From the IMG/VR virus record IMGVR_UViG_3300028797_000153: 20,000 nt of DNA; one strand, 5' to 3'. The translations under genes and the position numbers were made by a program. The notes beneath the pieces are model-generated. The model made no database searches, was not told the origin of the DNA, and saw only the letters and a program-made list of their open reading frames with translations. The DNA comes from an uncultured virus (IMG/VR IMGVR_UViG_3300028797_000153) (lineage: Duplodnaviria; Heunggongvirae; Uroviricota; Caudoviricetes). Positions 8,607-18,800 of the stretch are shown piece after piece; positions within the stretch are counted from its first letter, which is position 1, and each line of letters starts with the position of its first letter.

Positions 8607-10705
8607 ATGGATGCAATAACAGAGTATGAGGCAAAGTTAAAAGAATCTAATTCAAAACTTAGCGCTTATGAGTTTGAAATGGAAGATAAGCTTTATAAGC
8701 TACGCCTTCAAATACAGAAAAACTTGCAGAAGCTAAGGCAAAATATGACACTGCTGGATATGATAAGATAGCCAAGCTCGGTTTATTAGCAACCAAAAAA
8801 GATTTAGAAAATGCTCAGAAAGCTGCCCATGCTGCCGCTGAATTAAAATACCGTGAAGAACGTGGTATAAAAGGCAAGCTTTCAAAAGAAGATAAGAAAG
8901 CATTAGCTGCACAATTTGCTGAGCAAGATGCTAACTTAACTAAAAAATATAAAAAAGAATCTAAATTAGCAGACCAAATACATAAGCAAGCACAAAAGAA
9001 TATTGCTGCTGAAAATGCACAAAGAGCTGCTGGTGCCTTAAAAGAAGGTTTATTTGGCAGCGGAAAATCAATGGCTGAAAGAAAACAAGCCTTATATGAT
9101 GCTTTCCACCAAAATAAAGATGGCAGTAAAAATACTCTTGCTGGTTTAGCAACATTAACAAATGCTTTATCTGACTTAACAAAACAATTAGATAGTAGTA
9201 TTGAAGAAATTGCCAAACAAAAAGGTGCTATTGATACACGTTTACAAGGCTCTGGTTTAAAAAGGAGACTTGGTTCATATTGGGATGCTATAAGTAATGA
9301 CATTATTGGTGTAGCAGGTGTTTCGCCATTAGTTAGACAATCCGATGTTGTTAAAAATGTTGGCACAATGGTTGATGCAGGTATTGCATATAACGTTGAA
9401 CAACGTGCTTTTTTACAAACAATTAAAGATAAAATTGCAACTACATTTGATGCTAATAATGGTACACTTTTAAGATTAGTTCGTATTCAACAACAAGATT
9501 CCACAGCTGCTCGTTTAGGCATGGAGTCTGCAATGAACTCATTCTTAAATAATATGTATGAAAATACAGAATATTTAAAAGGTGTTGCAACTGCTGTTAA
9601 GAGCAACTTAGAAGAAGCTATGTCATTAATGTCTGCAACTGATGCTGTAAGCTTTGAATATCAAGTCCAAAAATGGATGGGTTCATTATACTCTGTTGGT
9701 ATGTCCCAAGGTGCTGTTCAAGGTTTAGCAGGTGTCGTTGGTAAATTAGCTGCTGGTGATATTTCAGGTATTACTGGTGGTGGACAAGGAAACTTATTAG
9801 TTATGGCTGCAAATAAAGCTAATCTTTCACTTGCAGATATGTTAGCTAATGGTTTAAATGATTCTGATACAAATAGATTATTAGATGCAATGGTTGACTA
9901 CTTAGCACAAATTGCTAATGACTCTAAAAATAGTAGAGTAGTTCAACAACAAATTGCTAATGTTTATGGATTAACTGCATCTGATTTAAAAGCTGCCACA
10001 ACACTATCTAAATCAAGAAAAGCTGTTGCAGGTGAATATTTAAGCTATAATGGTGCTCTTGCTCAATTAACAAGTATGGCAAGCAGTATGTATAGCCGTA
10101 CAAGTATTGGTGAAATGATGACCAATGTTTGGGATAACTTTAAATATACAATGGCTGGTGGTATTGCTTCTAACCTTCCACTTTATGCACTATATAAAGG
10201 TGCTGGACTACTAGATTCAATTGCTGGTGGTATTAACTTACCAGATATTAAAGTTATGGGTTCAGGCGTCAACTTACAAACAACTGTTGCTGACTTAATG
10301 AGGGTTACTGCTTTATCTGGTAGTATCTTATCTGGTATTGGCCAAATGATTGCTAATGCAGGTGCTGGAGGCGGCTTTAATCCTGTTGGCATGCTAAAAG
10401 CTATGGGTATTACTACTGTATCACGTGGCGGACGCACAACTGTTAGAGGCGCAAGTACATCTGAATCAGGTACTGTTGGTAATGCTTCTGGTGATGATGC
10501 ATATAACCAAACAATGGCTGGCGCTGAAGATACTCAAAAGAGCAAGATGGCTGAAGCAAAAGAAGATGAAGAACAAGATGTTGCAAATAAAGTAATTAAT
10601 TCTAATGTTATCTTAATTCTTGAAGAGCTTAGAAAGATTACCGGACAAACTGTAACACTTAGAGTTTCAACTGGTACAGATAGAAGAAACGGCTTTATTG
10701 ATTAA
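8607..10705 (+). CDS. Tape measure protein (about 699 aa) with a -1 frame break near 8710-8723
   Basis: GAGGT RBS + ATG 8607 opens a helical ORF that stops at TAG 8769; the frame of ORF 9071..10705 is open from 8699 with no ATG until 9071. Ala/Gly/Leu-rich helical sequence in the canonical position after tube and chaperone. Confidence 0.75.
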
Positions 10706-10718
10706 GGAGGATATAGTA

Positions 10719-12233
10719 ATGATACAATTTAACTCAGACCATATTATTGTTGGACAAATAAAGCAATTACTACATTCTTTTAACTTACCAACCTATCGTG
10801 TTTATACAAAAGAACAAAGGCAATATTATGAAAAAACTGGCCAAGAATTAAATGTAATTTCTTCTGTCCCAATTATAACAGGTTCTACAAATATTCCTGA
10901 TCATGTAAGATATATTGATTATATTAAAGATAATAAAATTCAACGTTATTATGCTGAAACAACAATCGTAAATGGCACTGCAGTAGTTAAAGCACCAAGC
11001 TGGCATGAAACAGGTAAAACATATTATTATAATAAAAAAGAATTAAATAGAACTAAAAATTTAAAAATTACTAATAATATTTATGATACTTATACTCATG
11101 AATATTTAGGAAATTACTTAAGATTTCAACGTGATTATAATGGTATCAATTTAATGCCATTCTACAACTGCTTTAGTAATAATATTGTTTCATCATCTTT
11201 AAAATATGAAATACAAACAAGTGGCATTGCTGCTGATGAAGCTGGATATAGCACAAAAATAATTAGTACATTTGATACAAGTAATGATAAGTATAAAATT
11301 TATATGGTACCTGTAAAGGCATTCCAAACATATACTATCGCTGTTGATAGTGCTGATGGACTTGAGCTTTGTTGTGGTATCTATGATAAATACAGTGATA
11401 CTCGTGAAAAATTAGCACATATTCCATCACTTACATACCTTAATGTAAAATCTGCTTCATTTAATCACCCATTTTTATATGACAAATTATTAGACATTAC
11501 AAATAGTATGTCTGAGGAAAGTAATGCGGAGTTAGCCACTATTGAAAAAAATCTAAAGCTTTTTATCAAATTACCTGCTGAAAATAAGTCAACAATTGTA
11601 ATTTTGGAAGGAAATTATTGTAGTTGAAATGATAAATCTGTGTATGAAGAAATTTCAAGTAGTGGCCAAACAAAAATGCAATATACTAATTTTGCTCAAA
11701 CAAATATTTATAATAATCATATTGTAAATAACTATGAAAAAAATACTAGCTCAATATTTGATACCTATCCAGATTTTAATGAAAGAAATATGCAATTTAT
11801 TACTGCACTACAATTACTGTTATTAAACACTGGCCAACAATATCCATTTTCTGATAAGCTAATTGAATTTTTAACTGATAATGTAATTAATCCATTAGAT
11901 ACTATTTCTGATAATATTAAACGTGCTCAAACAGTTATAAAAGAAAATAATAATGAAATAGATGTTGATGGTATTTGGTCTGGAGAAATGCAAGCAATTT
12001 TATATGACTTTGTAAATTCAAAAACAAGCTTAAATAATATTACTTCTAGTGATAGAGTAGATTGTATAGGCTATGGCGACAAAGTTGTTGAAAAAGCTTA
12101 TAAGAGTACCAAAATTACTACCACACGAGTTGGTGATAAAACAAAAAGAACCAGGGAAGTTATTAATACTCTTAATGATATTAATCTTTATGAAAGTACA
12201 TATAAAAATAATTATAAAGGAGGAAGTAAATAA
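10719..12233 (+). CDS. Hypothetical tail/baseplate-associated protein, 504 aa (1 in-frame TGA)
   Basis: GGAGG at 10706 supports ATG 10719; ORFs 10698..11627 and 11640..12233 share a frame and are separated only by TGA 11625 (ILEGNYCS-W-NDKSVYEE). Confidence 0.75.
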
Positions 12234-12235
12234 CT

Positions 12236-12871
12236 ATGCCAACAAATATAATTGATGAGCCATATCCAACCGATACTTACCCTTTTCCTGATAACTATAT
12301 TTATATTTCACACTTAGATGAAGGATTAAAATTCTGGCGTATTCCATGCTGGCCAGATGCAATTTCTGATACTATGCAATCTAACTTTGCAACAACAACT
12401 GCTTTAGGTCGTTCTGCGCCTGTTTACACATTTAGTAATGCCGGCCCAAGAACTGTCCAAATAACTATTGCTTTGCATAGGGATATTATGGACGATGTTA
12501 ATACTGGTGTTAGTAATTCTGAACTTGCTATGGGTGAAGATTATATTGATAATTTAGTAAATGCTTTAAGAGCTATTGCTGTTCCAAGATACAATCTTTC
12601 AAATAAAGCTGTTGAACCACCCCTTGTTGCACTTAGACTTGGGCGTGAAGTTTTTATTAAAGGTGTTGTTACAAGTGGCATAGGTATTGATTTTACTAAA
12701 CCAATTCTAAAAAATGATAGATATGCACAAGTTAATTTATCATTAGCAATTTCTGAAGTTGACCCATATGACGCAACATCTGTTTATCAAAATGGTGGAT
12801 TTAGAGGTGTCGTTCAAACATTTAAAGGAAGTCACCCAACTCAAAATGGTATTGATGGTATGGGCTTATAG
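12236..12871 (+). CDS. Baseplate tail-tube initiator-like protein
   Basis: AGGAGG RBS; 'PDAISDT..SNF..TTALGRSAPVYTFSNAGPRTVQITI' and 'PPLVALRLG..FIKGVVTS' fit the tube-initiator family; synteny. Confidence 0.7.
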   Translation: MPTNIIDEPYPTDTYPFPDNYIYISHLDEGLKFWRIPCWPDAISDTMQSNFATTTALGRSAPVYTFSNAGPRTVQITIALHRDIMDDVNTGVSNSELAMGEDYIDNLVNALRAIAVPRYNLSNKAVEPPLVALRLGREVFIKGVVTSGIGIDFTKPILKNDRYAQVNLSLAISEVDPYDATSVYQNGGFRGVVQTFKGSHPTQNGIDGMGL

Positions 12872-12883
12872 GAGGTATAATTT

Positions 12884-13213
12884 ATGGATACACTAAAAGA
12901 TAAAAAATATAATAGCTTTGATTATACTTGTCGCTATACAGACGTCCCATATTATTATAATATAAAAGATAAAAAATATATTTATGGAATTGGCAGTAAC
13001 TTAAATAAACAAACTGCTTATATTGCCCATAAAGTAAAAGAAACTGATACTCTTGATTATCTTGCTTTAAAATACTATAATAACCCAACTTTCTGGTGGA
13101 TTATTGCTTATTTTAATGATATTCAAGATGCATTTATTAAATTAAGTGATAAATATAGTGTACTTAATATTCCTAGTATATCTAGTATTCAATTTGGAGC
13201 TGAAAGAGAATAA
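12884..13213 (+). CDS. LysM-like baseplate wedge protein (T4 gp53 / P2 gpX-like)
   Basis: GGAGG RBS; 'HKVKETDTLDYLALKYYNNPTFWWIIAYFNDI...LNIP'. Confidence 0.85.
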   Translation: MDTLKDKKYNSFDYTCRYTDVPYYYNIKDKKYIYGIGSNLNKQTAYIAHKVKETDTLDYLALKYYNNPTFWWIIAYFNDIQDAFIKLSDKYSVLNIPSISSIQFGAERE

Positions 13214-14535
13214 TGGCAACATTAAAATTTTCTGAACAACGTAGATCATTACTATCAAGCCAGGCAAGAGTACAAGCACCATGAGTTAAAGTAACTATTG
13301 GTACTTTTACTTTTGGTGTTTTTTCAAAGGCAGAAGCTAATAGTAAAAATTCGCAGGGATTTTATACAGCCGGTGCTTACAGCATTCAGTATCCAAATTA
13401 TATTCAATCATTAACTATTACAAAAATTAATGGCCAAGTAAACCAATATACATTAAATATTACTTACCCTGTAAAACAAACAGATGACCCTAACTTTTTT
13501 GAAAAGGTATTTAGCAGTGTAAGCAAAACCCGTGAAATTATATTTAGCTATGGTGATGCAACAATGCCATCATATATCTATAAAGATGAAAAAGCTATTA
13601 TTACAAGTATTCAACAATCTTTTAATCTACAAAGCTCAAGTATTTCATATGTAGTTAATGCTGTTTCTGGTGCCGCTCTTGGGACATCAAGTTGCTTTAC
13701 TTTTATGGCAACAACTAAAAAACCAAGTGATGAAATTAAAAGAATTATAATGGCAAAACAATATGGTTTAAGAGACCTTTTTACTGGCATTACAGACAAT
13801 AATATTAATACATTAATTGCAGGTGATGACCAAGTTGTTTCATTAGCATCTAAAACAAATATTTCAGCTTTAGATTATATTAATTATTTAGTTAGTTGCA
13901 TGATTCCTATCGGCTCAAGTAAAGATAACAGAAGCAAAGATATTTATGTTTTAACTTTACATGATGACACTTCTTATGATAGAATTTATGCTGATCGTGA
14001 AACTATTGAAGGTCGTGAAATTGTTGGACCATACTGCAAAGTAACTAAAATGTCATATACAACAAAACAAAGTGATGCATTTGAGCTTGATATTGGTTAT
14101 AATACTTCAACTATTGTTACAAATTTCCAAATAAGCCAAAATGAAAACTATGCTTTATACTATGACTACAATAAAAAATTACTACCAGAAGAATATGTTA
14201 GAAGAATTAATGATAATGGTAAATGGGAAGATGTTTTTGCTCCAACAAGTACATCAAGAAATAGCACACATGCAACTTGGCCAGATGATATTACTTGATG
14301 GACAAAAATTACAAAATATCCAATTAGTGCAACAGTAACAATTCAAGGCTTACTCAGACCAGCCACACTTATGACTTATCTTAGACTAAATGTTATTTTT
14401 CCTGGTGGCCATAGACATATTAGTTCTGGCTTATACCTAATTACAAAACAAGTTGATACTATTGATGGTAATGGCTATAGAACACAATTATCACTAACAA
14501 AACTTTCAGGTGATGAATCAGACTTAGGAGTATAA
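13213..14535 (+). CDS. Baseplate hub protein (gp27/gpD-like), 440 aa (2 in-frame TGA)
   Basis: TAATG stop/start overlap at 13211-13215; same frame as ORF 13564..14298; TGA at 13282 and 14296; TAA 14533-14535; C-terminus 'ATVTIQG...SGLYLITKQVDTIDGNGYRTQLSL' is hub-like. Confidence 0.8.
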
Positions 14536-14539
14536 TTTA

Positions 14540-15382
14540 ATGCTAACAAAAGGTGAAATTCAAAGTATAGATTTTACAGGCAATTCTTGTAGAATAAGAA
14601 TACCTCTTTTTGAAGTAGCTGGTATTGAAGATAAGGTATATGCTACCGCTTATTTTGCTGTTGAGCCTGGAAAATATAATAGCTATAAACCTGGTGATGT
14701 TGTCATTATTGGTTTTGAATCAGACCTCATTGATAAGCCAATTATCTTAGGAAAGCTTTATACAAGTATTAATGAAGACCAGCTTGATGATAATGGCTAC
14801 CGTGGAAGTATTGATTGTACTAGCTTAAAAGTTAAAGAAAATGCTTCAATTCCAATTAGTACAAAAATAATTAAAAATGCATTAAGTGTTAAAGATGATG
14901 CTGCAACTACAACTATTAATGATATTATTAATACTATAAATACCAATAAAACGGATATTGAAAACATTAAGAAAAATCTTGATATAACTAATGATAATTT
15001 AAATTATAATGAACAATTACTTTGGGAAAATCCTGCACCAAATAGTGCTTTTGCTGCACAAGATATTGCACTAAATATGGATTATACTAAATTTAAATAT
15101 ATAGTTATTTTTTATAGATTTTACTTTGGCAATTGTGTTGAGCAAAGCCTGAAAATTATTCCACCAAATATTGTAGATAATATTATGGACAGTCATAATC
15201 AAACATTTATAACTGGTGGAAACTATGCAAATGACTGAGCCAGCCGCCAAATTGACTTTATTGACAGAACACATCTTAAAGTATATACTGGTAAAAGAGT
15301 GGATGCAAATAACCCAACTAGTGGTACAAATAGAACTGAATTCTGTATTCCAACTAAAATATATGGTGTAAATAACCTATAA
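14540..15382 (+). CDS. Baseplate spike-like protein (gp5/gpV OB-fold N-terminus) with fibre-type C-terminal domain, 280 aa (1 in-frame TGA)
   Basis: AGGAG RBS; 'CRIRIP', 'PGDVVIIGFE...KPIILG' OB-fold motifs; continues through TGA 15236 to 'FCIPTKIYGVNNL*' (TAA 15380-15382). Confidence 0.75.
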
Positions 15383-15422
15383 ATTTAATAAATTTTTAAT
15401 AGATAAAAAGTATATAAAAATT

Positions 15423-15438
15423 GCTAAATTATACTGAG
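15423..15438 (+). promoter_or_regulatory. Candidate late promoter motif GCTAAATTA (copy 4, upstream of wedge genes)
   Basis: GCTAAATTATACTGAG running into the GAGGAG RBS. Confidence 0.6.
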
Positions 15439-15448
15439 GAGCCAATGT

Positions 15449-15838
15449 ATGACATCAATAAAATTCCCAAATATGTTTAATACAAATAGCACAAATGTAT
15501 GAAAAAGTAGTGAACATAATGAAGCCACTACTCAGAATACAATTATTTTATTACACTGTGAGCGTGGTGAACTTTTTGATGACCCATACTTCGGGTTAAT
15601 GTTAAGGCACTATATGTTTGACCAAAATAACTATGTGCTTCGTGATGCAATTGCTGATATGGTTTATACTCAACTTGCATTATTTATTCCTCAAGTACAT
15701 GTTAAACGTGAAGATATTAGAATTATTCAAAATAAACAAAAAGGAAAATTATATTGTGTATTTAAAGGTATAAATCAAATTGACTATAAAACTAATACAT
15801 TTAATTTGACTTTATTTGAAAATACAGAAGCATTATAA
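15449..15838 (+). CDS. Baseplate wedge / sheath initiator (T4 gp25 / gpW-like), 129 aa (1 in-frame TGA)
   Basis: GAGGAG RBS, ATG 15449, TGA 15500; 'ILLHCERGELFDDPYFGLMLRHYMFD' is the gp25 signature and lies mostly upstream of the ORF-track start at 15599. Confidence 0.88.
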
Positions 15839-15853
15839 TAAGGAGACAGAAAA

Positions 15854-18800
15854 ATGATTACAGAAAAAGATTTAGAAGCTCTTGAGCTATCTCCAACTAA
15901 AAAAGATTTTTATCAAATTTGAAATGAGCTTTTAGAAACCGCTAAAAAAATATCTGCCAGATGGGATCCAACAAGTACAAATGAATCAGACCCTGGTATT
16001 GTTTTACTTAAAGTTTTAACTGGTATCGCTGATAAATTAAATTATAATATTGATAAAAATATTCTTGAAGCTTTTATGCCAAGTGCAACTCAACAAGATT
16101 CAATGCGTAAGCTTTGTGAACTTGCTGGTTATAATATTAAATATTATCAATCAGCTGAAATAAAAGTTAGAGTTGGTTGGGCAGGTTATACAAATAATGG
16201 TACTTTTACTATTGAAAAAAATGAATCTGCAGGTATTAAAAGTATTTTTATTCCTCAATTTTCTGTAATCAAAAATAATGATGAAGATATTGTCTACACT
16301 ACTACTGAAGGTGGCACTATTCAATCTAATATACCTGTTATCGAAATTAACTGTATTGAAGGTCAAGTTATTCAATGCTCACCTGATACTGATTATGTTA
16401 TTTCATTAGATAACTTAGATGATAATTTTAGATATTACTTACCAGAAGCTCAAATTGCTGAAAATGGTTTCTTTGTTTATAATATTAATAATGGAGCATA
16501 CCAAAAAAATGAGTGGTCAAAAGTTGATAACTTAAATACACAACCAACAAAAGCAAAAGTATATAAATTTGGCTTTGATTCACATTTAGGACTTCCATAT
16601 TTACAATTCCCAGAAGATGTTGGAAATATTATTGAAGATGGTTTATATATTTATTATACAAGAACTTTAGGTGTTAATGGTAATATTGCAGCAAGAACCC
16701 TTAGTAAAATTGAACTTGCTGATGGTGCAGATGAATATAATACTGATGCAAATAATTACACAGATTCAACTAATGATGTTTCTGCATATTACGAACTATT
16801 AAGCATTTCAAATGAAAATGCTGCTATGAATGGTGCCAATATTGAAACCATTACACAAGCATACAATAACTTTAAGAAAACTGTTGGTACATTTGACACA
16901 TTAGTTACTTGCCGTGATTATATGAACAAAATTTATCAATTATATGATGATTTAAATGTTCCACTAGTTTCTAATGTTATTGTTAGTGATATTCGTGATG
17001 ACCTTAATAGAGCATTTACACTTTGTACTTTTGACCAATATGGAATTAAATACACTGATACAAAGATGATTGATTCTACTACTAATAAAGAAAGAATTAC
17101 AAACTTTGATATTATTTTATACCCATTTAAAACAATATATGGTTTAAATAATGAACAAGAGTTTATTGATTCATTTAAATTTTCTGCTGCTAACTCTATA
17201 CTAATTGAAAGTGAATTAGACAGCTTAAAAACTATTTCACATAATATTATTATACCAAATGGAACAAGCACGGATATTTTATGTATTAAAAATTACTTTA
17301 AAATTAATGCAAAAATCACAACTACAACAAAAGTTAATGCCATTGAAGAAGCATATATTTTAGATAATATCTATAAAAATATTTATAAAACATTTAATGC
17401 TAGACAACTTGACTTTGGTGAAACTATCCCATTTGACTCTATCTTAGAATGTATTGAAACAGCTGATACAAGAATTAAAAACGTTTCTATGGAAGAGCCT
17501 ATAATTATTACAAAAGTTGCACTTATTGATGGTACTGAAATTGATATATCTGATATTACAAGTCAAGATAGTGGTAGCAGTGGTGCTGGTATTTATGCTG
17601 GCTTAGTTACTAAAAATATTTTAGCTGGAAGAGCACCATTATTTGATTATGATGAAACATTTAAACCAGAGCTTAGTGAATCAACTTATACAGGATTAGG
17701 TCAATATAATAAAATTACAAAAATTGAACCAATATGTGATTATAATCCACAAGCTGGCTCTTTAACTGCTAATGGTATACTAAAGAAAAATGAAATTATA
17801 CAATTTAGAGCACCTAGCTTAAAAACAACATTAACATATCCAGCATATGTTAACTATTTTGCAAAACTTAATACGGGTACTGCTGAAGATGCCCACCCAG
17901 CAACTATGAAAACAGTACTTAATTTTATGGATGAAACAGTTAGCGGTACTAATAACTGGGATGATTTATTAACGCATACATCAGATGATGTTTATACAAA
18001 TTTAATTGCTAAAAAGGTTCCTATTACATTTACAACTAGTGATGCTTTTACAGCTAACTTAGCAAATTATGGCTGTATTTTTAAACTTAATGATAGCAAT
18101 GTATTAGTTAAAGCAACAGTAGCAGATTGGCATGATGCATCTAGTCAATTCTATGTATTTCCAATTACATCTGATACATTTGTTGGCTGGACAATTTACA
18201 TTAAAACTACAGGCATTATGGAAAGCGGTGCCTTAAAAGCACGTACTGGTTTATATACAAGCTTAGGAGTTAACTTAAATAATCCGGCTGGAAAATTAGT
18301 TGATAGTGGACATAAAAAATATAGAATATGTAATATCCCAGATTCATTTACACAAGAAAGCTCACTTAAATACTATTTTGTACAAGATATGAGTGGCCCA
18401 AACCCAAGTGCAAATGATTATGGTATTGGTATAGATGCTACAGTTAGGGGCATACCAAAAAACTGTGAATATACACTTGGTGAAGGTGAATATATCTTAA
18501 TAAACTATACAAAAGCAGGTAGTAGCCAAGAAGATGGCTCTACAAGTGCTGATACAATTATTAATGAGGTACTTAGTAGTAGTGATGGTACTATTATTAA
18601 AACAAACTTTGATCTATATGACTCAAGTGTCTATAATAGTAGTTTATCACATAGTTTTTCAAAAACTACAGGCTTTGGTCCTTGGAATGGTTATTCAACA
18701 CCAGCTGGAATGTTTACACTCGGTCCAAATGAACAAATTGAAGTTAGAAAACCGGTTGCTATTACATTAGATTCTGGTAATAATAGCAGTAAAAATATTA

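Noticed and set aside
3907..12871. TAG recoding (code 15), e.g. TAG 3907 is in frame with ATG 3913
   Set aside because: Gene 3913 has its own GGAG RBS; TAG 7299 is followed by a terminator; TAG 8377 is followed by TAA after two codons; TAG 12869 overlaps the next RBS. TAG behaves as a stop.
7446..15610. AGG reassignment (AGG=Met is known in some uncultured Bacilli)
   Set aside because: AGG occurs in contexts that read naturally as Arg (MG-R-IK, MTA-R-DE, LM-R-VT, ML-R-HY); no positive evidence for reassignment without alignments.
235..17271. Minus-strand ORFs in the track (235..579, 2061..2732, 4275..4559, 5085..5324, 8815..9366, 10183..10437, 16936..17271 and others)
   Set aside because: All lie antisense to well-supported + strand genes and have the Ser/Leu/Phe-rich composition expected from the reverse complement of GAA/AAA/GAT-rich codons.
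6023..18770. Short alternate-frame + strand ORFs (6023..6238, 12073..12255, 14141..14338, 18534..18770)
   Set aside because: Overlap real genes out of frame and have shadow-frame composition (Leu/Met/Ile/Gln-rich).
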